From Pseudomonadota bacterium (lineage in GTDB: Bacteria; Bdellovibrionota_B; Oligoflexia; Oligoflexales; RGVZ01), in the NCBI GenBank assembly GCA_041178085.1, contig JBEGVZ010000019.1:1-64000 (forward strand): a stretch of DNA of 64,000 nucleotides, written 5' to 3'. The position numbers and the translations under genes were made by a program. Positions 38,851-46,759 of the stretch are shown piece after piece. The notes below the pieces were generated by a model. It made no database searches, was not told the origin of the DNA, and was given only the letters and a program-made list of their open reading frames with translations. Position 1 is the stretch's first letter, and each line of letters begins with the position of its first letter.

Positions 38851-39897
38851 TCAGTTGTAACGACGAACCAGCTTCATGGCGAGCGCCTCAAGGTCTCGCC
38901 GCGCAGCTGACTCAGGGAAGACCGACAGGCATTCGATGGCCTCCATCGTCCAGCGCGTTGCCATCTCGATGGTCTTCATGGCCGTGTCGTGCTGCTCAAC
39001 AAGTCCAGCAACCCACTCAACATCAGCATCCGGCACGACATCACTCGAAAGAACGCGCTCGAACCTTTTGCGTTCGTGATCCGTAATCAAATCACGAAGC
39101 ATGATCACCGGCATCGTCACTTTGCCCTCACGCAAGTCCGCAAGGGTCGGCTTACCAGACTGTTCCTTGCTATTGAGGTAGTCGAGGGCATCATCAATCA
39201 GCTGGAAGGCAATCCCGACGTGCTGGCCAAATTTGGCCAACGCATCACGCTGCGTTTCGTCGGCACCGCCCAGGACACCCGCAGACCTGCAAGCCGCTGC
39301 AATCAAGACAGCCGTTTTGCAATCCAGGATCTTCAAGTACACCGGCACTGGTACGTTGGCATTGAACACATTTTCCAGCTGGATCAATTCGCCTTCACTC
39401 ATCAGGCGGATCGCCCTTGCGAAGGTGGAAACAATCTCGAGGCTTCCAGTCTCGGCCATCATCTCGCTGGCACGGGCATAGATCAGATCCCCGGTCAGAA
39501 CGGCGGCCTGGTCACCCCAGATGGAATTGGGGGTTGGTTTGTTCCGGCGGAGGGTGGAATTATCCACCACGTCATCGTGGAGCAGGCTGGCGGCGTGGAC
39601 GAATTCGGTCACAGCCGCAATGGGGTACAGGTGCGCTCCCCGGTAGCCCAGCATCCTGCAGACAAAAAAGTAGAGGGCCGGGCGAATACGCTTCCCCCCG
39701 GAGGCAATCACGTGATCGATGATCGCCCTGGAAGAACGGCTTTCAGATGGCAAGTATCCGGAAAGATTGGAATTAAGCTGATCAATGTCGGCAGCCACGG
39801 GAGCCAGCGCCCGCTCCAGACTGAATTCCCGGGCGGCGCTGACGAGATCCCGTGCGGCCTGCTCCGAAAACTGCTTGATCGTATTCAACAATTCCAC
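38851..39897 (-). CDS. Polyprenyl diphosphate synthase (IspB-like)
   Basis: GGKRIRP, LLHDDVVD..RR, KTA, FQLIDDALD, GK...DLREGK.T; start trimmed. Confidence 0.92.
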   Translation of the reverse strand: MELLNTIKQFSEQAARDLVSAAREFSLERALAPVAADIDQLNSNLSGYLPSESRSSRAIIDHVIASGGKRIRPALYFFVCRMLGYRGAHLYPIAAVTEFVHAASLLHDDVVDNSTLRRNKPTPNSIWGDQAAVLTGDLIYARASEMMAETGSLEIVSTFARAIRLMSEGELIQLENVFNANVPVPVYLKILDCKTAVLIAAACRSAGVLGGADETQRDALAKFGQHVGIAFQLIDDALDYLNSKEQSGKPTLADLREGKVTMPVIMLRDLITDHERKRFERVLSSDVVPDADVEWVAGLVEQHDTAMKTIEMATRWTMEAIECLSVFPESAARRDLEALAMKLVRRYN

Positions 39898-39916
39898 CAG
39901 ACGAACCTTTCGCGCG

Positions 39917-39939
39917 ACTTGCTCATTATTTGAGCAAGT
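39917..39939. promoter_or_regulatory. Perfect inverted repeat / candidate operator
   Basis: ACTTGCTCA-N5-TGAGCAAGT between divergent genes. Confidence 0.5.
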
Positions 39940-40002
39940 GGTAAGAACCGCCCATCTCGGGACGGACCCAAACGTCTCGACTTCTACCGGGAGGTTCCCT
40001 GC

Positions 40003-41436
40003 ATGGCAAGCCGATTGTCCGATGAATCCCTGCTCGCAAACTACGACCGGGGCCTCGGAAGTTTTGAATGGTCCGCCACCGGGTTGCCCTCTGCCAGCGA
40101 AGAGGAGCGGGCCGCTCGCGGGTTGCTCGACAGCCTTCTGGCCTCGCAGAACCCCGGTGATGCCGTCCAGTCGATCGAACCTGCCCTGATCCGTCACAGC
40201 CTTCTTGCTGCAGGTATTGAAGATTACGTTGAAATACTGCCCCTGCTGGCCAGGGATCAAGTGACCCACATCATGGACTTTGAGGCCTGGCACGACTCCC
40301 GCTTGAGCCTTTCCGGAGCCATGCACTGGCTGCAACTCCACAAGCAGGCCAATCCGGGCGAACTCCTGCGGCGTTTCCGGGACCTGGAGGAAGAGGTCCA
40401 GACCGGACTTCTCGGCCCAATGGTCGAAACCTACGACCTTGACGCTTACGAGAAGATGTCTGATCAGGAGCAGGACTCCCTGATGAGACTCCCCTGTGGG
40501 GAAGTGTTTTACAAAATCAAGAGCGAGGATCCAGACACCCGCCAGTTTGTCGAAGAACTGGTCAACGCCGCCTTGGCCGCGGACATCGAATATGCGTACT
40601 CGCTGCTGGCCCATTCCACCTATCTACCCCCCAATGAACAAGAAGCAACTGCCCTCCGGTTCCGTAACGCACGCCTGGAGGAAGAAGGCTTTGTCAGTGT
40701 AGAAGAGGCCGCACGGCTGTTTATTGCCGGATCAGGTGAGCAAGCGCTCAAGCGCTGGACGGGCAAGACGGTTGACGAAGTCGTCGACGCGCTGGTGAAA
40801 CCAGGAAACGAAAGCATCGGGCAAACTGCGATCGCTTTCTCCAAGGCATCAAACGGGACCTTGATCGACCTGGCACTTCTGCATTGTGACGACCCTGCTG
40901 TAGTTGCAACACGCCTTGCACACCTGGCAAATACCGTTGCTTCCGCTTCCGGCGTTGCTGCTGACGACCGTTCCGGACTGAAACTCGTACTGGCCCACAC
41001 CAAGGGCTATTGCAACCTGGGGCTGGAATTGCTGGCATCCGATCCAAAGCTGGCCGGCAAGATCCTGTCTCACGAACATCCGGCGACGATCTTCAAAGTG
41101 GCCGTGGCTGTCTTTGACGCAATCAGGCGCAGGACCGTCTCTGCGATGACCAGCAGTGGCTTGCTCCCGGCAGAACTTGGAAACCGGGTCCTGCAACTTC
41201 AGTTCACCCGTAAATTTGGCCAGGTGCTGCTGCTTCTTGACCGCGAAGGCCTGCCCGTCATCGGTTTCGAGGCCAACGAGGTCTTGAAGGCGATGTTCAA
41301 CCGTTTCCCGCTCTGTCCTGCGGTTGACCGTAAAGGCGAGAAAATGACATTCCAGCCCGTCCATGACTTGAGGGGCCTGATGACCCTTATGGACTGGGCA
41401 AATCGCCTGCCCCAAACCAGCAAGACACTGCACTGA
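40003..41436 (+). CDS. Hypothetical protein (DUF6178-like)
   Basis: GGAGG RBS; Q...MDFEAW and E.ALRFR.ARLEEEGF motifs. Confidence 0.7.
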   Translation: MASRLSDESLLANYDRGLGSFEWSATGLPSASEEERAARGLLDSLLASQNPGDAVQSIEPALIRHSLLAAGIEDYVEILPLLARDQVTHIMDFEAWHDSRLSLSGAMHWLQLHKQANPGELLRRFRDLEEEVQTGLLGPMVETYDLDAYEKMSDQEQDSLMRLPCGEVFYKIKSEDPDTRQFVEELVNAALAADIEYAYSLLAHSTYLPPNEQEATALRFRNARLEEEGFVSVEEAARLFIAGSGEQALKRWTGKTVDEVVDALVKPGNESIGQTAIAFSKASNGTLIDLALLHCDDPAVVATRLAHLANTVASASGVAADDRSGLKLVLAHTKGYCNLGLELLASDPKLAGKILSHEHPATIFKVAVAVFDAIRRRTVSAMTSSGLLPAELGNRVLQLQFTRKFGQVLLLLDREGLPVIGFEANEVLKAMFNRFPLCPAVDRKGEKMTFQPVHDLRGLMTLMDWANRLPQTSKTLH

Positions 41437-41468
41437 CAAAGACCCGGGAATCACGAGGAAAGCGTCCC

Positions 41469-41882
41469 ATGCAAACAGGAAACCAGAAACAGTGGCTTAC
41501 CAGCGAAGACTGCGCCGTGCTCGCTTCGGGCATGAACAAGAAATATTCCCCGTTCACCGGAGAACGATTTTTTGAATTCCAGTCGGGCGGGGACACTGGC
41601 GTGATGGAAGTCATTGCTACGCTGCGCAACAAGGATGGATCTTTTTTCTATCCGGTTGAGACACGCATCGACTTCAAAGACCAGGGCGTCAGCGAAGAAA
41701 ACGCCCGGGCCGTCCTGGTCGACATGATCGACCAGTACTTTCAGGAATACCTGCTCAACGACGGTGAAGTTTATTTGCCAATTGACTGGGCCGACTACGA
41801 AATGGACGGTTTGCGTTTGCAAATGCGCGGCCAGGTCCGGAACCTTGTCCTTGAGAAAATGGCTGACGACCTTCTCGCCTGA
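41469..41882 (+). CDS. Hypothetical protein
   Basis: GAGGA RBS; FFYPVE.R, YLPIDW, RGQVRNL.LE..AD segments. Confidence 0.75.
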   Translation: MQTGNQKQWLTSEDCAVLASGMNKKYSPFTGERFFEFQSGGDTGVMEVIATLRNKDGSFFYPVETRIDFKDQGVSEENARAVLVDMIDQYFQEYLLNDGEVYLPIDWADYEMDGLRLQMRGQVRNLVLEKMADDLLA

Positions 41883-41903
41883 CAGAGGCGTCGCTCGATC
41901 ACA

Positions 41904-42932
41904 TCACGCTGCAGCGACGGCCTTGGCAGGATGCTGGGAGGCCTGCTCCCAATTGTGTGGTTTCATGATTGCACCATCATGGAAGCTGACCCGGTTCCTG
42001 CCATTTTGCTTCGAGAAATAAAGGGCAGCATCCGCCCTGGTGATGTCTGCATGCGGATCCGCGCTGCTGACGTCCAGGCTTGCGACACCAACACTGACCG
42101 TTACCGGAATATGTGTGCCTTCGAATTCGAAACGATAAGACTGCACCGCAGCACGGACTTTCTCCGCCGCAATGAGTGCACCATGGATCGGCGTGGCATT
42201 GAGCACGACAACAAACTCCTCGCCGCCCACCCGGAATGCCGTGTCACTGGAGCGGCATTGCGACTTGATCACCTGAGCCACCGTTTTAATCACATAGTCA
42301 CCGGCTGGATGGCCGTAGGTGTCGTTCACCTTTTTGAAAAAGTCGATGTCCATCATGAAGACTGAGTGAGTTCTTTCGTTGGCTTCGGCTGGCAAAAATT
42401 CAATGGCCTTCTTGCGATCGGTAAGGTGCTCCTCAAGACCATTCCGGTTCATCAGACCAGAGAGCATGTCCGTCTTCGCCTTGACGGTCGAAGCGGTTAG
42501 CTTGGATCCCTGAGTGGATTCGCCCGTAATTTCCCGCATGACCAGGAATGTCCCGATGACTTCACCAGCTTCGTGGAAAGGGTATGCGGCAAGGATAAGC
42601 TTGTTTTCTCCGCCTGCTGACGTCCCGGTGACAAGATCCTCACGACGGGGTGAACCGAGGGCAATCAGGTCCTTCAGGGGAAGCGGACTGCCACTGATGT
42701 CAAACTTGATCAAATTTTCCAGAGTCTGAGCACGCATAATCTGTTTGGTGCCCGTTTTCAGCAACACCGTGGCATGCTGGTTGGCCTTGACCACCCTGCC
42801 GTCAACATCCAGGAGGACGTAAGCGTCGATGACCGTCCCGCGTACGAAATCCTCGAAGATCTTGAAATGCTGAAGGAGAACGGAGTTATCCCGCTGTGGC
42901 ACTGTCGTGTTTTCTCCAACCATTCCAGGCAC
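41904..42932 (-). CDS. PAS-GGDEF diguanylate cyclase
   Basis: TD.LSGL.NR, DIDFFKKVNDTYGH.AGD, RSSD I-site, GGEEF, RAD.ALY..K.NGRN. Confidence 0.93.
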   Translation of the reverse strand: MPGMVGENTTVPQRDNSVLLQHFKIFEDFVRGTVIDAYVLLDVDGRVVKANQHATVLLKTGTKQIMRAQTLENLIKFDISGSPLPLKDLIALGSPRREDLVTGTSAGGENKLILAAYPFHEAGEVIGTFLVMREITGESTQGSKLTASTVKAKTDMLSGLMNRNGLEEHLTDRKKAIEFLPAEANERTHSVFMMDIDFFKKVNDTYGHPAGDYVIKTVAQVIKSQCRSSDTAFRVGGEEFVVVLNATPIHGALIAAEKVRAAVQSYRFEFEGTHIPVTVSVGVASLDVSSADPHADITRADAALYFSKQNGRNRVSFHDGAIMKPHNWEQASQHPAKAVAAA

Positions 42933-42942
42933 CCCTTACTGA

Positions 42943-43419
42943 TCAGGCAGCAATCCAAGCAAAAAACTCATCTTCGAGCTCGTCCATTTCCATCGCCCCA
43001 CCGCACTTCTCACACTTGACTGGCGGCAGCTGCACACCAAGCTCACGCGGCAAATTGCGACCTTCCTGAAACAACTCATTGCGGTGGTGACCACACTGGC
43101 CGCAGGAATAACTGCCGTAGACAGAAATAACCCGGGAGCTGCCCCTGAAATTGGGGATCATGTTGATCTGGGAAACAATCTCAGGAGTGCACTCTTCAAA
43201 CGCCACCGTGCGTCCGGCGCCTGCCTGACGGATGAAGCTGATCCATGCCCGGACACCGCAGGAGTTGATCGATTCTACGCGGCGGAAATTAAACACAACC
43301 TTAGGCGGCAATTGGGCCACCAGACTTGCAAGAGTTGCCTCTGAGTCCTCATTGATGACCCCCGCGAAGTAGCACCTCTGCCACTCACCGGCTGCCTCGA
43401 ATTGGAAAACAAGAGCCAT
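42943..43419 (-). CDS. STAS-like domain plus Zn-ribbon protein
   Basis: G.INED, INSCGVR.W, CGQC and CEKC pairs; GGAGG RBS. Confidence 0.75.
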   Translation of the reverse strand: MALVFQFEAAGEWQRCYFAGVINEDSEATLASLVAQLPPKVVFNFRRVESINSCGVRAWISFIRQAGAGRTVAFEECTPEIVSQINMIPNFRGSSRVISVYGSYSCGQCGHHRNELFQEGRNLPRELGVQLPPVKCEKCGGAMEMDELEDEFFAWIAA

Positions 43420-43455
43420 GGGCCAACCCTCCCCGGAAGAACGTTCTCCTTCCGG

Positions 43456-43482
43456 GGATCGGTCAGGCGCCTGAAAGCTTTA
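43456..43482 (-). promoter_or_regulatory. Putative sigma28 promoter of the STAS-DGC operon
   Basis: TAAA(GCTT)-N15-ACCGATCC. Confidence 0.6.
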
Positions 43483-43543
43483 AGGCGTTATGACAACAAT
43501 CCAGTGAATTCAGGCACTTGGGGCCAAACCCCAGACCCGGCAA

Positions 43544-45460
43544 TCAGCTTTGGCCCTTGAGGTACGGATAGCCCTTGGAGGCCTTGACCAGCTGCTCAAG
43601 GATCTTGGCAGATTCCTCACCCGTGAGGCGTCCTGCTTCAACCTGACGGGAAAGCTGCATCTGGTACTTCTCGTAGATCTCATTCATGCTGTAATTGCGG
43701 CTCTCAAGCAGCTCACAGATCGGGTCACCGCTGGTCAGCTTGGAAATCTCGTAGTGACCGTCGTCGTTCAAGCGAACTTCCGCCTCATGAATCGCCCCGA
43801 ACAAGTTGTGCTCGTTGGCAAGACTCTCCTGGTAGGCACCAGTAAGGAAAAAGCCGATGTAGTACGGTTGGTCGCTGGGGGCATGGAGGTCCAGAGTCGT
43901 CTTCACGTCGGAACGGTCGATGAAGGTCGTCAAACAGCCGTCCGAATCACAGGTGATGTCGACAATCGTGGCTTTCAACGTCGGTTTCTCATCGTGACGC
44001 GACAGCGGCATGACCGGGAACAACTGGTCAATCGCCCACGAGTCCGGGATCGACTGGAAGATCGAGAAGTTGGCCAGATACTTGCTGACCATGAGCTTTT
44101 GCAGGTTACCGAATTCCTCGGACTCATGGCGATGGAATGAAGCAAAATAAAGGGCTTTGCGGCAAATACGGTAGAACAACTCTTCCGACAACGCCCGCTC
44201 GTTCAACTGCAAGTAGCCAAGGTTGAACAATGTGAACAGTTCTTCCTGGTACTCGATCGCGTCGTGGTAGTACTCGTTGTAGTTCTTCCGGTTCATATTA
44301 TCGAGGATGTAGCGGAGTTCCTTGAGGCCCTTGTGGGTAAGGTTTTCCACGGGCTCAAGCTGCCCTTCCACGAAAGGCTCAAGGCTGTCCGCACCCTGGA
44401 CTTCGCGGATATCGGTCACGACAACCGAATGGTATGCAGCGATCACCCGGCCGGATTCCGTGACGATGGTCGGATGCGGGACGTTCTCATTGGTACAGAC
44501 TTCGCCCAGCACGTAAACTGCGTCGTTGGCAAATTCCTGCAACGAATAGTTGGCGCTCGAATGGAAAGACGTCTTGCTGCCGTCGTAATCGACGCCCACA
44601 CCACCACCAATGTTCAGGTATTTGGGTACGAAACCCATCTTCACGACTTTGGCGTAAACGCGGGAAGCCTCTTTCAAGGCGTTCTTGAAGCGCTTGATCT
44701 CGGTGATCTGGGAACCGATGTGGAAATGAAGCATCGAGAGGCGTGGTGCAAGGTCAGCGGCCTGCAGCATCTGGAGGCAACGCAACACTTCGGTCGTGGT
44801 CAGGCCGAATTTCGACGATTCACCCGATGACTTTTCCCATTTGCCGGCGCCCTTGCTGTAAAGACGGACCCGCAAACCGATTTCCGGACAGTGATTATTT
44901 TTCTCGGCAAGATCCAGAATGAGTTGCAACTCGTCAGGACCTTCGACCACCATCACCACGTTTTTGCCCATGGCAGACGCGGCGAAACCGAGCTCGATGA
45001 ACTCCTTGTCCTTGAAGCCGTTGCAGATCATGAGCGCACTGGAAGGCATCGTGTAGCTGAGTGCCGCAATGAATTCTGTCTTGCTGCCGACTTCGAGGCC
45101 GTAGTCCATCGCCTGGCCGGCGGACACGATCGCATCGATGAACTCGCGACGCTGGTTGACTTTGAACGGGAACACGCCCATGTGGCGTCCCTTGAAACCG
45201 GAGTCAGCAATGGCGTTGCGGAATGACCGGTGCATCCGCTCAAGCTGGCACTCAATCACCTGAGGGAAACGGATGATCAGTGGAGCATCGTGACCCTGCG
45301 CCTTGCACTGGGCAACGACTTCCGGCACCGGAATCGAAAGGTGTTCTTCACCGGTTGGGTGGCATACGACGAGACCTTCGTCGTTGATGCTGAAGTAACC
45401 GGCACCCCAATCGTCAATCCCGTACAATTCACGGGCTTCCTGGATCTGGCGGATGTTCAT
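43544..45460 (-). CDS. speA: Biosynthetic arginine decarboxylase
   Basis: WGAGYF, FPFKVNQ (PLP Lys), LHFHIGSQ, ESGR, FQSIPD.WAIDQLFP, DITCDSDG. Confidence 0.95.
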   Translation of the reverse strand: MNIRQIQEARELYGIDDWGAGYFSINDEGLVVCHPTGEEHLSIPVPEVVAQCKAQGHDAPLIIRFPQVIECQLERMHRSFRNAIADSGFKGRHMGVFPFKVNQRREFIDAIVSAGQAMDYGLEVGSKTEFIAALSYTMPSSALMICNGFKDKEFIELGFAASAMGKNVVMVVEGPDELQLILDLAEKNNHCPEIGLRVRLYSKGAGKWEKSSGESSKFGLTTTEVLRCLQMLQAADLAPRLSMLHFHIGSQITEIKRFKNALKEASRVYAKVVKMGFVPKYLNIGGGVGVDYDGSKTSFHSSANYSLQEFANDAVYVLGEVCTNENVPHPTIVTESGRVIAAYHSVVVTDIREVQGADSLEPFVEGQLEPVENLTHKGLKELRYILDNMNRKNYNEYYHDAIEYQEELFTLFNLGYLQLNERALSEELFYRICRKALYFASFHRHESEEFGNLQKLMVSKYLANFSIFQSIPDSWAIDQLFPVMPLSRHDEKPTLKATIVDITCDSDGCLTTFIDRSDVKTTLDLHAPSDQPYYIGFFLTGAYQESLANEHNLFGAIHEAEVRLNDDGHYEISKLTSGDPICELLESRNYSMNEIYEKYQMQLSRQVEAGRLTGEESAKILEQLVKASKGYPYLKGQS

Positions 45461-45546
45461 TGCACTCCCCTGCAATGGCTGTGGTACAAGACTAAACCGA
45501 ACCGCTATAACTAGGGCATCTGCTGAAATTTACAACAGTAAAGACC

Positions 45547-46203
45547 ATGGCCAGACACAAGAAAGACGAACCAGGGTCCCCGCCAGTGATTTCCTCTGGA
45601 ATTTTCCGGGGAATGAAGCTGAAAACACCGCCGGGTTCCGGGACGCGACCGACCCTGGCCAAAACCCGTGCGGCAGTGATCAACTCCGTCCAGGGACTGC
45701 TGGAGGGCGCAAGAACGTGCGACCTTTTTGCCGGATCTGGCGCAGTTGGCATAGAAGCCATCAGCCGGGGTGCCGCCAGCTGTGTTTTCGTGGAAAAGGA
45801 CCCCTCCGCTTTATCGGCCCTGACCGCCAACCTGGCTGAGTGCCAACGCAGATGTGCTACCCAGGGATTGAACGTCCCACCCATGCCGGTAGTCCGGGGC
45901 GACGTCATGCAGTATCTGCAGAGATCTCTGCATGACCTTCAGCAAGGCTCAAATAGCCAGAATGACAGCCTTTTCGACCTGATTTGGGTGGACCCTCCGT
46001 ACGCCATGGTGGCCGCGATCCTTCCAGACCTGCTCAAATTTGCCGAAGAGTGCCTGGCGGAGAGGGGCCTGGTCCTGCTTGAGTCAGGATCAAGCCAGGC
46101 CGACGCACTCAACTTTCCGGAACATTCCGGGCTTGCTGGACTGACTCTGAAATCGGAAAAAAAGTATGGCGGCACGTTCATCACAACCTGGCAAAAAAAG
46201 TAA
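45547..46203 (+). CDS. rsmD: 16S rRNA m2G966 methyltransferase
   Basis: ISSG..RG.KL, TRPT, DLFAGSGA.GIEA.SRGA, DPPY; adjacent to coaD. Confidence 0.9.
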   Translation: MARHKKDEPGSPPVISSGIFRGMKLKTPPGSGTRPTLAKTRAAVINSVQGLLEGARTCDLFAGSGAVGIEAISRGAASCVFVEKDPSALSALTANLAECQRRCATQGLNVPPMPVVRGDVMQYLQRSLHDLQQGSNSQNDSLFDLIWVDPPYAMVAAILPDLLKFAEECLAERGLVLLESGSSQADALNFPEHSGLAGLTLKSEKKYGGTFITTWQKK

Positions 46204-46690
46204 TCGCGGTCGCACTGCGATTTACGCCGGCAGCTTCGATCCGGTCACCCTCGGTCATGTCGACGTGATCTCCCGGGCGGCGAAACTGTTCGACCGATTG
46301 GTCATTGCGATCGGCCGCAATCAGTCGAAACCGCCCCTTTTCAGTGTCGATGAACGCATCGAAATGATTTCTCAGGTGTGCAAAAAATGGCCTCATGTCG
46401 AGGTCCGTTCGTTCACCGGGCTTGCCGTTGACTTCGCAAGGAAAGAGGGCGGCTTGGCTCTGGTCCGGGGCCTCAGAACCGAGGTGGACTTCGTTTACGA
46501 AATGCAAATGGCCTTGATGAACCGTCATCTATCCGGTGACTTGGAAACCATCTTCATCCCGACCGCCCAGGAATTTGGTCACGTTTCATCGTCCCTTGTC
46601 CGGGAGGTAGCCTCCCTTGGCGGGGATGTCTCCAGCCTTGTCCCCCCTTCAGTTGCTAAAAAGATTTCCGAAAAGTTTCCGGGACTTTGA
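46166..46690 (+). CDS. coaD: Phosphopantetheine adenylyltransferase
   Basis: YAGSFDPVTLGH, RGLR...DF.YE, SSSLVRE. Confidence 0.96.
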   Translation: MAARSSQPGKKSNRGRTAIYAGSFDPVTLGHVDVISRAAKLFDRLVIAIGRNQSKPPLFSVDERIEMISQVCKKWPHVEVRSFTGLAVDFARKEGGLALVRGLRTEVDFVYEMQMALMNRHLSGDLETIFIPTAQEFGHVSSSLVREVASLGGDVSSLVPPSVAKKISEKFPGL

Positions 46691-46759
46691 CTGAAATGCG
46701 GCCGTTCGCAAGACGCCTGGTTGCTGGCGTTGAGCGGACGGTTTCCCGGAGCTGTTTTG

